Below, piece after piece: positions 17,597 to 27,911 of a stretch of DNA of 64,000 nt. This DNA is from a virus (Duplodnaviria > Caudoviricetes), in IMG/VR virus record IMGVR_UViG_3300012667_000289, positions 7,794 to 71,793 of that record; one strand, 5' to 3'. Every line of letters begins with the position of its first letter. Position 1 is the stretch's first letter. The notes beneath the pieces are model-generated. The model was not told where the DNA came from and searched no databases. It saw only the letters and a program-made list of their open reading frames with translations. The position numbers and the translations under genes are program-made.

Positions 17597-17880
17597 ACCG
17601 GATGATGTTGCACGACATCTTTCTTGTCGTGTGTTAGATAATACATTACTTTAACACGGTCAAGTGCTTCTTGCAACTTATTGTCAGTCATTGCTGCACG
17701 TCTAATATCGTGCCACAGTTGACTTTCATTTGGGTCACTCATATAGTTTCTGTGATCTAACGGATCTCGTTTGTAATTATATCCCACTACTGTCCTTTCA
17801 GTTTCACCCTCAATTCGAGAGTAAACAGTATCGCCCACACGCTCGTAAATTAGTTTACCATTTGGAGTAAGCGATCCCAT
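17593..17880 (-). CDS. Hypothetical protein
   Basis: ATG 17880 abuts previous stop. Confidence 0.7.
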   Translation of the reverse strand: MGSLTPNGKLIYERVGDTVYSRIEGETERTVVGYNYKRDPLDHRNYMSDPNESQLWHDIRRAAMTDNKLQEALDRVKVMYYLTHDKKDVVQHHPV

Positions 17881-17881
17881 A

Positions 17882-18385
17882 TTACCAGCACTTTGTAAAA
17901 TCAACAATCTCACTTTGACGACTAACTTCTTTAACAAAGTAAGCACAAGTGGGTTTATCTCCCGGATGCAAAGGAGTAGATAGTAGTTGTCCTGCCTTCA
18001 TTTTTGGAAAATACCACTTAACATCTTGATAGACATTAATGATGTCAATCTCATGAAACTCAGGTCTAAAAGAGCTCAACGGATTAAAGCAGAATGTTTT
18101 AAACCCGCGATCGTTTAGACTTGTTAACGGCAGCACTTCCATATCAGGTCCTTCGGGGTCGCCTACAATAGTGCACCAATCTAATGGCATTGTAAGTTCG
18201 TAAGGTCCAACTTTTAATACAGCAGCAGGGCAAGTAAATGATTCTAAAAAGATTAAAGGAATGAAAAAGTAATCAGGATTTTGTGGATCACTATTGTCCA
18301 TAACTGCAAATCGCATGTCGTCGTCAACTTCTTCAGGAAGGTCGTTGAGATAATATGTTTTGTTTTCTAAGGTTAAAATTTGCAT
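17882..18385 (-). CDS. Hypothetical protein
   Basis: 167-aa ORF coupled to UvsW. Confidence 0.75.
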   Translation of the reverse strand: MQILTLENKTYYLNDLPEEVDDDMRFAVMDNSDPQNPDYFFIPLIFLESFTCPAAVLKVGPYELTMPLDWCTIVGDPEGPDMEVLPLTSLNDRGFKTFCFNPLSSFRPEFHEIDIINVYQDVKWYFPKMKAGQLLSTPLHPGDKPTCAYFVKEVSRQSEIVDFTKCW

Positions 18386-19869
18386 TATTGATATTTCACT
18401 TTGTCTATTGTAAACGGATATTTTGCGTCTTTATAATATTTTTTACGCTCCGTTAAGTGCCGCTTGGCATATTTTGTGCTTGCAGTAAAGTCCCATATTT
18501 GAACAAAATCTTTGTCATCTGCTTTACGAATACCACGTCCAATTGACTGGATAACTCTAACAAAAGATTTACCAGGTTCAATAAGAACCATATTAAAAAT
18601 TCGAGGAATATTAATACCCACTGCCGCTACACCGTAAGTTGCAATAATAATTTTATTGCTTGCTGTTTTAACTTCGTCATATTCTTCTTTGCGATCTTTT
18701 GTTTTTACTTCGCCTGAAATAAATGCAACTTCAGGTTTATCTGATAATAAACTAAACAAATCGCTTAGGTAAACTTGCAGCATCTTACCACATTCAATGC
18801 GATCAACTAACACAAGGGTGTTGCCAGAGTCTGCAATTGATTCAATCATCTTTGCCATAAACTCTACACGTTCTTTATTTGTAACCAAATATTTTAACTC
18901 TTCAGCGTAGCTACCAAACTCTTTCCATTCAGCAGTTTGAACAATGTTAACGTGACAGGTACTCAATACTCCTTTCTCTTGCAACTCGTGAGCTTTAACT
19001 TGGTGAACAACTTCACCTAATGCCGCACGAATATTTTGAAAGTCAATATCTGCTTTGGGAATAGTGCCAGTTAGGCCCCAACGAATAGGAGCATTAGCAG
19101 TATGTTGTGTCAACAGCTTCTTCAATACATCAGCTTTAGCCATGTGAACTTCGTCAACCATAACACAGTTAACGCCATCTAAGAACTCAGCAAGTGACAT
19201 TAGATCATTATCATCAACGTTCTTTTTGTCCATGATGTTAAGACTTTGCCAAGTGCAAATAGTATGTGTCTTTCCTAAATTTTTACGATCGCCGTAGTAA
19301 ACTCCCACATCTAATTGGCAGTTTAAAAAGTCTTCTTCTGTTTGTTCAACAAGTGATTTGTTAGGAACAATAGTGATAGTGCGTCCATATTTTTCACAAA
19401 TCTTAGCCAATGTAGCAGTAGTGATTGTCTTACCAAAACCGGTAGCAATCTCTTGAATGCATTGTGGATTTTCTAAAAACTTATTAACTACTTCAACTTG
19501 ATCATCTCTCAGTCTAATAGGTTGTCCAGCAAACCTATGTCCATCTGGCCAACATAGATCACCCCAAAATTCTTCAGTAACTTTTTCAAATTCTAATGCA
19601 GGGCTTGTTCGCAAATCTTCTACTTCGATGTAATAGTTTTTATTCTCTAACTCTTCTAATACTTGTCCTAGCATTGATAGATATGTAGTTCCGCCTAGAC
19701 CAAAGAAGCTGACGCTGCCATCCCAGCGTCCTAGTTTATATGATGGACGATAGCGTGCAGTAGGATCTTCATATTTGAATTTCTTAACTAACGCTTTACG
19801 AGTATCTAAATCTAAATTTTCTATCTTTACATTTACTTCGTCTTTAATAATTATCTTGCAGCTTGGCAA
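18385..19869 (-). CDS. uvsW: UvsW-like SF2 DNA helicase
   Basis: ATGFGKT, VMVDEVH, GLTGT and QSIGRGIR motifs. Confidence 0.9.
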   Translation of the reverse strand: MPSCKIIIKDEVNVKIENLDLDTRKALVKKFKYEDPTARYRPSYKLGRWDGSVSFFGLGGTTYLSMLGQVLEELENKNYYIEVEDLRTSPALEFEKVTEEFWGDLCWPDGHRFAGQPIRLRDDQVEVVNKFLENPQCIQEIATGFGKTITTATLAKICEKYGRTITIVPNKSLVEQTEEDFLNCQLDVGVYYGDRKNLGKTHTICTWQSLNIMDKKNVDDNDLMSLAEFLDGVNCVMVDEVHMAKADVLKKLLTQHTANAPIRWGLTGTIPKADIDFQNIRAALGEVVHQVKAHELQEKGVLSTCHVNIVQTAEWKEFGSYAEELKYLVTNKERVEFMAKMIESIADSGNTLVLVDRIECGKMLQVYLSDLFSLLSDKPEVAFISGEVKTKDRKEEYDEVKTASNKIIIATYGVAAVGINIPRIFNMVLIEPGKSFVRVIQSIGRGIRKADDKDFVQIWDFTASTKYAKRHLTERKKYYKDAKYPFTIDKVKYQ

Positions 19870-21058
19870 ATCTTAACTCCTTATTCTTATTATCTAGATT
19901 CATACTAACAACATTATGATGATTCTTAATATAGTTTTTTAATGTGTAATGTGCAGAGTTTGTTCCGAAGTGAACTACTAAATCAAACTGTTTTCCAGAT
20001 TCGATCAACGGCTTTGGAATCTTTCCACTAACACACACAAACTTAATATTGTCGCTTACTTGACTGTTCAAGTTGTTTTCTTTGATATAATCATTGCACA
20101 TTTTTCCAGAGCTACTGTCAAGTCTAAACATAACAGTCATTTGCTCATTTGGAATATTATTGTCTTTAAGATATTGATGCACGGTCTGTAGATGCATTAA
20201 TTCAGTGCCTCCTGGAATTACAAACAACACATTGTTTGAATAATTCAAAAGTTCAGTAAGGTCATCAAGATCTCTAACATCCAGCACAACTGGATTGCAA
20301 GACGTATTCTTTAACAATGCACAAGCAGCCGGAGTGACTAACGATATAGCTGCGTCAATTGATTCATCCCAGCAACTAATGCCGTATCTACGAGCATCTA
20401 ACAACACTTCAGTTAAGTTTGTAGAAGTAGGTTGTGGTATTTTATCAACTGTATTTTTGTAATAATACTTACCATCTTGAACAACAACCATAGGAACATA
20501 CTGTTCAATGTTGTGCTCAATTTCTTTTATTTCGTCAGCAGCATCGATAAATGTTTGATCAAATATAAAGTCACTGCCTAACAGTTTAGACAGAAAAGAA
20601 ACATTTGGTTCAGTAAATGGAAATACCCAGGCGCTGTCATCAGCGTTCCAACTAATTTCCATTAGATCAAATCTAGGCAATGTTTGTTTATACTCTCTAA
20701 AAGCAGTAATAGTTCCTTCGTTATAAGGAAACTTAACCAGCATTCTCTTATGCCCATTTTCAAGTGTGTTTACTTCGACTGATTTAGTTCCGCTCAATTT
20801 ACGCACCGGGTATTTAAAAGTAGGAGTTACAAGATCGACATTGACGTCGTAGTTAAGTGCAATAGACAATACGTTAGCATATTTTGTCACTAATCGTATA
20901 GTAAGAGCACGTTGCTTTTCAGTAAATCCGTTGCCTCGCTGCAATTGCTCTGATAGGCTATGTGTAATAGTATAATCAGTTTTATGCAATGGAATAGTAG
21001 GAGCAAACATATATTTTCCGTTGCTGGCAAGACGATCAATTAGTTCTTCAATATTCAT
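19844..21058 (-). CDS. Hypothetical protein
   Basis: 404-aa ORF in recombination operon. Confidence 0.75.
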   Translation of the reverse strand: MNIEELIDRLASNGKYMFAPTIPLHKTDYTITHSLSEQLQRGNGFTEKQRALTIRLVTKYANVLSIALNYDVNVDLVTPTFKYPVRKLSGTKSVEVNTLENGHKRMLVKFPYNEGTITAFREYKQTLPRFDLMEISWNADDSAWVFPFTEPNVSFLSKLLGSDFIFDQTFIDAADEIKEIEHNIEQYVPMVVVQDGKYYYKNTVDKIPQPTSTNLTEVLLDARRYGISCWDESIDAAISLVTPAACALLKNTSCNPVVLDVRDLDDLTELLNYSNNVLFVIPGGTELMHLQTVHQYLKDNNIPNEQMTVMFRLDSSSGKMCNDYIKENNLNSQVSDNIKFVCVSGKIPKPLIESGKQFDLVVHFGTNSAHYTLKNYIKNHHNVVSMNLDNKNKELRFAKLQDNY

Positions 21059-21102
21059 AAAATTAGTATACAGAAAAAATAAGAGCTTGTCAAGCTCCTA
21101 TT

Positions 21103-21561
21103 TTAAACACTTACATCTTCTAAGCCTGCTGTGCGCAACTTAACGATGTTTGTTATTTGCCATTGCTTTTGATCAATAGCTTTGATAATACCTAGCCATT
21201 GATTTCTTAACAATGCAAACTCATTAATAATCTTTTCCATATCGACTACATCTGCTTCGCCGTCGACATATTTTTCTACATCTCTTGAGCTAAGTGCTCT
21301 TTGATAGTTTTCGAGATATTTCTTAAATGCTTTAGATCTAATACGGCGCAGTTCGATATTCAAGTATTCTAACACAGCCTCAAGTTCTTGAAGCTGGTTA
21401 AAACGCTGTTCTACAATGCCAGGCAGTGCGGCGGAAGCCTTTTCTAAGTTGCCGTAGATTTTAACTTCTCTCTTGGCACTGTCTAACTCATTGTAATAAT
21501 AGTCAATACAGGCAGGCAGGTGAGAAATATCTTTGCTCACCTTAGCATACCAGTGTGCCAT
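21103..21561 (-). CDS. uvsY: UvsY-like recombination mediator
   Basis: Helical 152-aa protein with KYVDGEAD and KAIDQKQWQITNIVKLR, near uvsX. Confidence 0.75.
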   Translation of the reverse strand: MAHWYAKVSKDISHLPACIDYYYNELDSAKREVKIYGNLEKASAALPGIVEQRFNQLQELEAVLEYLNIELRRIRSKAFKKYLENYQRALSSRDVEKYVDGEADVVDMEKIINEFALLRNQWLGIIKAIDQKQWQITNIVKLRTAGLEDVSV

Positions 21562-21809
21562 TAATAGTCCTCGTCTTCTTCGTAATAACCGGTATCATCG
21601 TCGCCATCTAAAGCGTTAGCTTCGTCAACGACGTTTTTAATTGCATCGTCGAGATGAGGGTCATAACCTATAAATCCTTCAAGAACTGCAACCTCAATGT
21701 CCTTACCTAGTAGGTAATCGACATATTGATTAGCTGCGGTATCTTTGTGTTTCTCAGGGATATATTCACGGAACGTATCCCAGATTTCCATAATCAGACT
21801 TTCATCCAT
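21561..21809 (-). CDS. Hypothetical acidic protein
   Basis: ORF between uvsX and uvsY. Confidence 0.75.
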   Translation of the reverse strand: MDESLIMEIWDTFREYIPEKHKDTAANQYVDYLLGKDIEVAVLEGFIGYDPHLDDAIKNVVDEANALDGDDDTGYYEEDEDY

Positions 21810-21811
21810 TA

Positions 21812-22876
21812 TTATTCTCCTGTGTCCTCTGCTGCAACAAGTGCAGAAGTTGCTTCACCAAACTCAGTAATGTCTTCCATCACTTTTGTAAGACCGTCTT
21901 TCTCATTACGCTCCCATGCCTTGCGGAATTGTTTGATAATTTCGCCGTCTTTGGTTGTGTAAACAAGGCTGTTGCCTTCTTTCTTCAGCAAGTCTTTTGC
22001 TTCAAACAAATCAACTAAACCACTGTGCGGACTCATACCTGTTGTGTATGGAATCTCAACTTGAACAGCTTCGAACGGTTTAGCATAGCGTGTTTTCATA
22101 ATCTTACAAGCACTACGAATACCGTTAACTGTTGTAGTTTTATTACCGTCAGCATCTGTTTTCAACTTCAACTTACGCATAGCTACAACAATAGAGCTTG
22201 CATAAATGAAACCTTGTCCACCTGAAATTTTGTCATCTGGATCAAACATATCTTGCGATGCATAAGTGTGATTTGTGCAAACCATACCTACATTGTATGA
22301 ACCAAACATATTAACACAGTTACGAACAAGACTTGTAAGTGCCTTAGGTTTGCGACCCATGTCACCTTTCATTTCACCTGCTTCAAACTGATTAACGTCA
22401 GTAGGAGTCAACAACATACCTAACGAATCGATAACAAACAAAACTTTCATTCTGTCTTCTTGTGGCATAGCTTTATACTCTTTCATAAATTCTGAAATAG
22501 TCTTTGCCACATCGTCGATCATAGCCATGTTAAGTTTCAGTAACTTATCTTCGCTTGTATCAACACCTAATGCGTGCAACCACGCTTCATCAAGTGCGTT
22601 TTCGCTATCAACAAGGATAACAAAAATACCTTGTTCTTGTGCCGCCTTAACGATGTTTCCTGAACAGATATATGATTTACCTGCGCCTGATTCACCCGCG
22701 AACACTGTGACCTTACCCATCGGAACACCTTTGTTAAAGTTTCCACTGATAAGATAGTTTAGTGCATAGTTCCCTGTGCTGATCCAGTCTGTAGGATCAT
22801 TGAAGCCTATACCAAGTCCGTCAATAGACTTAGTGATAGACTTACGGAACTTGCTTATATCAAAAGCCTTTCCCAT
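21812..22876 (-). CDS. uvsX: UvsX/RecA-like recombinase
   Basis: GESGAGKS, FVIDSLG and ISGGQGFIYASS motifs. Confidence 0.93.
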   Translation of the reverse strand: MGKAFDISKFRKSITKSIDGLGIGFNDPTDWISTGNYALNYLISGNFNKGVPMGKVTVFAGESGAGKSYICSGNIVKAAQEQGIFVILVDSENALDEAWLHALGVDTSEDKLLKLNMAMIDDVAKTISEFMKEYKAMPQEDRMKVLFVIDSLGMLLTPTDVNQFEAGEMKGDMGRKPKALTSLVRNCVNMFGSYNVGMVCTNHTYASQDMFDPDDKISGGQGFIYASSIVVAMRKLKLKTDADGNKTTTVNGIRSACKIMKTRYAKPFEAVQVEIPYTTGMSPHSGLVDLFEAKDLLKKEGNSLVYTTKDGEIIKQFRKAWERNEKDGLTKVMEDITEFGEATSALVAAEDTGE

Positions 22877-22890
22877 AGTCTATCTCCTAA

Positions 22891-23904
22891 TTACTTGTTA
22901 CGATTACGAATCGCTGCCAAGATGTCTTGAGCACGTGAGCTTGCGCTATCGGCAGCAGGTGCTGCAACTGGTGCTGCGGCTGGTGCAGAGAATGATTCCT
23001 CTGCGGCTGCAACATCATCTTCCCAAGGTGCTTTTTCTTCAGCAACTGGCGCTGGTGCAGGACGAGCTGCTGGTGCTGCGGCTGGTTTAGCTGCTCCACC
23101 TTCTGCATTGTCACGACCACCATAACCTGCTGGCTTGAAGTATTGACCCCAACGTTCCATATCAAATGCTTCACCGTCGACTGACGCTTCGAACATTTCT
23201 TTCATCACTTTGAGTTCAACTTCGCCTGGCTTCTTAGGCAAGAAGTCTTTCAAGTTGAATGGACCGTGATCTTTAATCGCTGTCAATTCTGCTTCTTCCA
23301 AAGCACGTTCACGACGAGCCCAGTTAGAAGTAGAGTAGTCGGCATATCCGCCTTTACTTGTCTTGACAATTTTAAAGTCAGTGCCACGGACATAGTCTGT
23401 TGGCAACTCTGAAAAGTCTGGATCAAGCAATGCTGCTTTGATAATGTTAAAGATTTGTGAGCCCATGATGAATCTACGGATTGGATTCTCAGGAGTGCGA
23501 TCTTCTTTGTGCTGGCTATCAACCACAAAACCTTGGAACAAGTAAGACTTCTTCTTCCAATACTTGCGACCCATATCTTCCAAAGACTTGTCTTTGAACC
23601 AAGGACGAACCTCAGTAAGAATTGGGCAGGTCTCACCCCACATTTCCATACAAGGAACTTGCACAGTAACTGGCTTGGAATTGGTTTCACCCTTCACACC
23701 CGCAAACGGCAATTTGATCATTGCACGTTCAATCCAGAAGAATGTGTTGTTTGGATCAGCATCAGGAACGAAACGAAGCGTTGCTGTTTGACCTTCTGCG
23801 ATATTCCAATGGGGGTAAATTGCGTTGTCTCCACCGGCCGAGCCGCCGCTGTTTTGTTGAGATGATGCTTGAAGTTTTGCTCTAATTTCTGCTAATGTTG
23901 CCAT
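22891..23904 (-). CDS. 32: ssDNA-binding protein (T4 gp32-like)
   Basis: ATLRFVPD, CMEMWGETCP, acidic Ala/Pro-rich tail, position next to uvsX. Confidence 0.85.
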   Translation of the reverse strand: MATLAEIRAKLQASSQQNSGGSAGGDNAIYPHWNIAEGQTATLRFVPDADPNNTFFWIERAMIKLPFAGVKGETNSKPVTVQVPCMEMWGETCPILTEVRPWFKDKSLEDMGRKYWKKKSYLFQGFVVDSQHKEDRTPENPIRRFIMGSQIFNIIKAALLDPDFSELPTDYVRGTDFKIVKTSKGGYADYSTSNWARRERALEEAELTAIKDHGPFNLKDFLPKKPGEVELKVMKEMFEASVDGEAFDMERWGQYFKPAGYGGRDNAEGGAAKPAAAPAARPAPAPVAEEKAPWEDDVAAAEESFSAPAAAPVAAPAADSASSRAQDILAAIRNRNK

Positions 23905-24026
23905 AATGATTTTCCTTAATAAATGTTATATTATGCCTCTTCTTTAAAGCCTACTGACTAAAAAGAAAAACTGTGCATACGATTAAGTATACACAGTCTT
24001 ATTTATATCTACAAGTGATTATAGAT

Positions 24027-26249
24027 TTATTTTTGTCTGATTAGCCCAGATAATCTTTTTATATCATCTAAACTTTCTCTCATACGATCTGGATTTCCCA
24101 TTTCGCCTTGACGCATAGTGTAGTCGGTAAAATCATCTTCTTCCTCTTCGTCGGCACCACCTTGACTATAAAATTCGTCGTATGCTTTATTAAAGTCCCT
24201 TGCAAATTCAGCTGTGCGTGAATAAGAATCGGGAACTTGTTTAGCTACCATCATTTGGTAATCTTCTCGAGTTCCGCCCTGTGGATGAATATCACCGATG
24301 ATTTGTTTTAAGAAACCAACTTGATCGTATCCACCTTGTCCTTCATTTTCTGCTCTATCCCAATATCCGTATGGATCATAACCTTCTGCTGGACGTTCAG
24401 CTGCATCGTTAGCAAATTGTTTCTTAGTAGCTTTAACAATACCACTGAACCGTTTGTCAGCTTTGGCTGTATCTTCTGGACGACCTGTTTGATCTAACTT
24501 GCCAGCTTGAGCTGCGGCAGCAGTTTTATATTGACCTAACTTTGTATTTGATAGTTCAGTTACTGGCTCATCTCCATTGTTTTTAGGTCCAATGGCAGAA
24601 TAATGATCAACTAACTTGCCCGCAAGTTCTCCGGCCCACTCGCCCATTTCTTTTGTAACTTTAGTAACAATACCTTGCTTACCTAATGGAAATGGTCCTA
24701 GCCCTTCTTCCATATGATGTTTGTTATAGAATGATCTAACCATTTCTGCAACTGAGGAAATAGTAGGCTTGCCTGGATCTTTATAGCTATCTTTACCATC
24801 TTTTTCTTCTGCAGGAACTTCTTCTCCAGCAGGTGGTTCTTCAGGGACTTCTTCACCGTCGGGAGGTTCTTCTGAAGAAGGTTGTTGCATCCCTGCTAAT
24901 TCTTGTGAAGCGGTAGGGTCTGCTTGCTGTAACCATACAGTAATAACTTCTTTAGGATCGCCAGTTCCGTCAGTTTCACTAGCCAATTGTGTTAATTGAT
25001 TTTCTAAATCGCTGTCTTTAATACCAATATTTTGCAATGCAGAGATAGTAGCAGTAGCATCAGTTCCTACTTCTTTAAATGCTTCATTGTTTAATAAATC
25101 CGAAAGAGCTTCGACATCGATATTGCCCATTCCTTCTACAATTGAGTCTGCCCAGTTGGCAAAATCTGCAAATTCTTTTACATCTTTTTCAGCGTCGCAC
25201 TCACATTTTTCCATAACTTGGTCGCAAGATTCGCAATGTTCTTCTTCAGATTCACTAACGTATTCATCTAAATTAACTTCGCCGGTTTCTTGCATAATCT
25301 TATGGATCAATGGAAAGAACTGTGCTAAGTCTTCTTTAAATGTGCTAACGGTAAACTTAGATTTATAGTCTTCCATTGTAATATCATCCATTACAAATTC
25401 ATCCATTGTTCCCGGAACAAATGCTTCTTTCCAAGCTTCGTAATGATGTTGTTTAGAAAGACTAGACATTTGATTACGTAGTTCGTCGAGTTTCATGCAG
25501 GCTCGTTCGAGGATAGTATTAGCATCTCCGTTTAAACTGTCGTGGCCGCCGACTTGCTTTTTGAATGCATGTAGCTTGGCAATTTCAGTAGCCATTTCAA
25601 TAATTTTCTTACCGCAGTCATCGTGAGGATATCCACCGTTAGCTACATGTCGAGCCATAGCTTCTGCTGCACGCACACTTGTTATTGGCATTTTCCAACG
25701 TTCGCCTTCTTCATTTTGAATAAAGATAGATTTAATATTTCTAGTGCGAGATCCGCGGCTTTCCGCATCAATTGGACTTAGGTGTCTAATGATAACTTTA
25801 GACTTTGAAATGGGGCGATAGCTAGTTAAACTGCTACCATATGTTTTGCTTTCTGACATATTATTTTCCTTTGAGCCAGTTTGGGCTAGGTATTTAAAAT
25901 CGTTTTTGTCCAAGTTGGACTTAGTAATATCCCTTGTGTCAAATCGTAGTAATCTACGTTTGGCAAAGTTACGCATTTCTTTTAAGAAATTAAACCATAA
26001 TTTTTGAGCAACCGGATCAATTCCTTCTAATATGCCCTGACTATAGAATATCTTTAATGCGCCGCGTTCGTTAATACTAATACTAACACGACCTAGATTA
26101 TCGCCTTCTAAAATAAAGTCAAAATCAAAAAATCGTGCAGTTCTAGGGTCTGATGTTACAATGCCGTCTTCGTCGCCCATTTCTAGGTTACTATAACGGC
26201 TTCGTACTTTATCGAATAAGTCTTGTGAAATGAGTTCAATTGCGTTCAT
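24027..26249 (-). CDS. Large acidic hypothetical protein, probably head-associated
   Basis: 740-aa ORF after terminase with TAAATA upstream. Confidence 0.7.
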   Translation of the reverse strand: MNAIELISQDLFDKVRSRYSNLEMGDEDGIVTSDPRTARFFDFDFILEGDNLGRVSISINERGALKIFYSQGILEGIDPVAQKLWFNFLKEMRNFAKRRLLRFDTRDITKSNLDKNDFKYLAQTGSKENNMSESKTYGSSLTSYRPISKSKVIIRHLSPIDAESRGSRTRNIKSIFIQNEEGERWKMPITSVRAAEAMARHVANGGYPHDDCGKKIIEMATEIAKLHAFKKQVGGHDSLNGDANTILERACMKLDELRNQMSSLSKQHHYEAWKEAFVPGTMDEFVMDDITMEDYKSKFTVSTFKEDLAQFFPLIHKIMQETGEVNLDEYVSESEEEHCESCDQVMEKCECDAEKDVKEFADFANWADSIVEGMGNIDVEALSDLLNNEAFKEVGTDATATISALQNIGIKDSDLENQLTQLASETDGTGDPKEVITVWLQQADPTASQELAGMQQPSSEEPPDGEEVPEEPPAGEEVPAEEKDGKDSYKDPGKPTISSVAEMVRSFYNKHHMEEGLGPFPLGKQGIVTKVTKEMGEWAGELAGKLVDHYSAIGPKNNGDEPVTELSNTKLGQYKTAAAAQAGKLDQTGRPEDTAKADKRFSGIVKATKKQFANDAAERPAEGYDPYGYWDRAENEGQGGYDQVGFLKQIIGDIHPQGGTREDYQMMVAKQVPDSYSRTAEFARDFNKAYDEFYSQGGADEEEEDDFTDYTMRQGEMGNPDRMRESLDDIKRLSGLIRQK

Positions 26250-26262
26250 AATGTGTATTTAG

Positions 26263-27852
26263 TTAATAAGAACTCATAAAGATGGGCAGAGGGAGGTCGT
26301 GCTCTTCCATTCCAGTATGATCGCGCATTTTATCATAGATAGTAGGATCCCAATCTTGTAACAGCATAATCATTCTAATGGCCAACAATAAACTGGCAAC
26401 TAAGTCATCATGCTGTCCTGTTTTGGCTTTAAATGTAATGCCCTGTGCTACGAATGTTTTAAGTTCACTAATAAGTGTTTTACTGTTAATTTTAAGTTGT
26501 CTACTTTCTACCAGCTGTTTTAATTTGGCACAAGCAGATATCTTAGCAGCGTGCGTTGTGTTAAATCCCTTGCGGAAACGGCGAACGTGTCCTTTCTTAA
26601 TGGGCTCACTTAGAAACAATCCTGGAAATGTTTCTTCACCTAATTCATTAATTGCAACTAGCGCACTTTCACCTAATGTGTTGTTTTCTACACTGTAATA
26701 AATGCTGGGAGTTGCGCCGGCCAAGTGACATTTTTCTTCAATATGTTTTAACAAATCTCTTAAAATACGAGCCTGTGCTTGAACAGGTGTCATATTATGA
26801 TGCCATTCTCCTACTTGATCCAAGCTGGGTAATTCAATGATTTCAATAGCAGCATAGTCGCCGCCGGTGCCTAAGCTGGGATCTAAACTAACAATATACG
26901 TGCTAGCAGGATTGATCTTTTTATACCATCGTGCTTGACCCATTTTCATAATAGGTTCTCTACCGTCCATATCTGCAAGACTAATACTGTTGATCAATGT
27001 TTCGTCAAAAATCAAAAACTTACATTCGTGTTCACGTTCAAAGCGCTCAACACCTACTCGACTGCGTTCTTCGTTAGCCCACTTTTCGTCACGATCTGGA
27101 TGCTCTGACCAAATGGCCAAACAAGGATAAAATCCGTTTTTGCCTAGTTCGGTTTCATTACCGTATTCGTCAAATCTCTTGTTAGCTTCGCTCCAAATTT
27201 GCGCAAATTGATCTTCGTCCGAGTTCGGAGTTGAGGTAATAATAGCTTTACCGCCAGTGGCCAATGTAGGCGAAATTGAAGTCCAGAATTCAACAGCAAT
27301 GTTAGGTTCAACATAGGCAAACTCGTCACAATATAACAGCGAGACAGACATACCTCGACCAGTTGTTTCAGTAGTAGTCTGTGCAACAATACGTGATCCG
27401 TTATCAAACTCTAAACTTTGTTTGTTATAACTGGTAACACCTGCACGAATAAAATCTGGACAAGTTTCGTATGCATATCGCAAACGCTGCATAATTTCTT
27501 GAGCACCTGTATACTTGTGTGCAGATATTAGAATGGTACTATCCGGAACAAACATTGCATACCATAATAAGTATCCAACCGCAGTAGTTGTCTTACCCAT
27601 TTGGCGTCCCAACATGTTAACACTAAATCGATGACCGTGATAGCTGTCTAACAATCGTTCTTGATAATCAAATGCTTTATACTGAATCTTACCTTTTGTA
27701 GGATGCTGAATAAAGAAAAAGTTATCTAAAAAATATCTCGGGCCAGTTTCTTGGTCCGAACATTTTAACATATGCTCAATATCTTCTTCGGTCCATCGTT
27801 GTGTAACGTGGGCCTTTTTAACTAAATTGCTTTCTAAGTTTTTACTTGCCAT
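26263..27852 (-). CDS. 17: Terminase large subunit (T4 gp17-like)
   Basis: LGRQMGKTT, LLYCDEFA, ITSTPN and C-terminal HDDLV motifs. Confidence 0.93.
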   Translation of the reverse strand: MASKNLESNLVKKAHVTQRWTEEDIEHMLKCSDQETGPRYFLDNFFFIQHPTKGKIQYKAFDYQERLLDSYHGHRFSVNMLGRQMGKTTTAVGYLLWYAMFVPDSTILISAHKYTGAQEIMQRLRYAYETCPDFIRAGVTSYNKQSLEFDNGSRIVAQTTTETTGRGMSVSLLYCDEFAYVEPNIAVEFWTSISPTLATGGKAIITSTPNSDEDQFAQIWSEANKRFDEYGNETELGKNGFYPCLAIWSEHPDRDEKWANEERSRVGVERFEREHECKFLIFDETLINSISLADMDGREPIMKMGQARWYKKINPASTYIVSLDPSLGTGGDYAAIEIIELPSLDQVGEWHHNMTPVQAQARILRDLLKHIEEKCHLAGATPSIYYSVENNTLGESALVAINELGEETFPGLFLSEPIKKGHVRRFRKGFNTTHAAKISACAKLKQLVESRQLKINSKTLISELKTFVAQGITFKAKTGQHDDLVASLLLAIRMIMLLQDWDPTIYDKMRDHTGMEEHDLPLPIFMSSY

Positions 27853-27868
27853 ATTATTATTTACTGAT

Positions 27869-27890
27869 AAAAAAGCCCCCGAAGGGGCTA
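27869..27890 (-). terminator. Intrinsic terminator with TTCG loop
   Basis: Minus strand tagcccc-ttcg-ggggctttttt. Confidence 0.8.
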
Positions 27891-27911
27891 ATTGATCATA
27901 CCATTAAGGTG

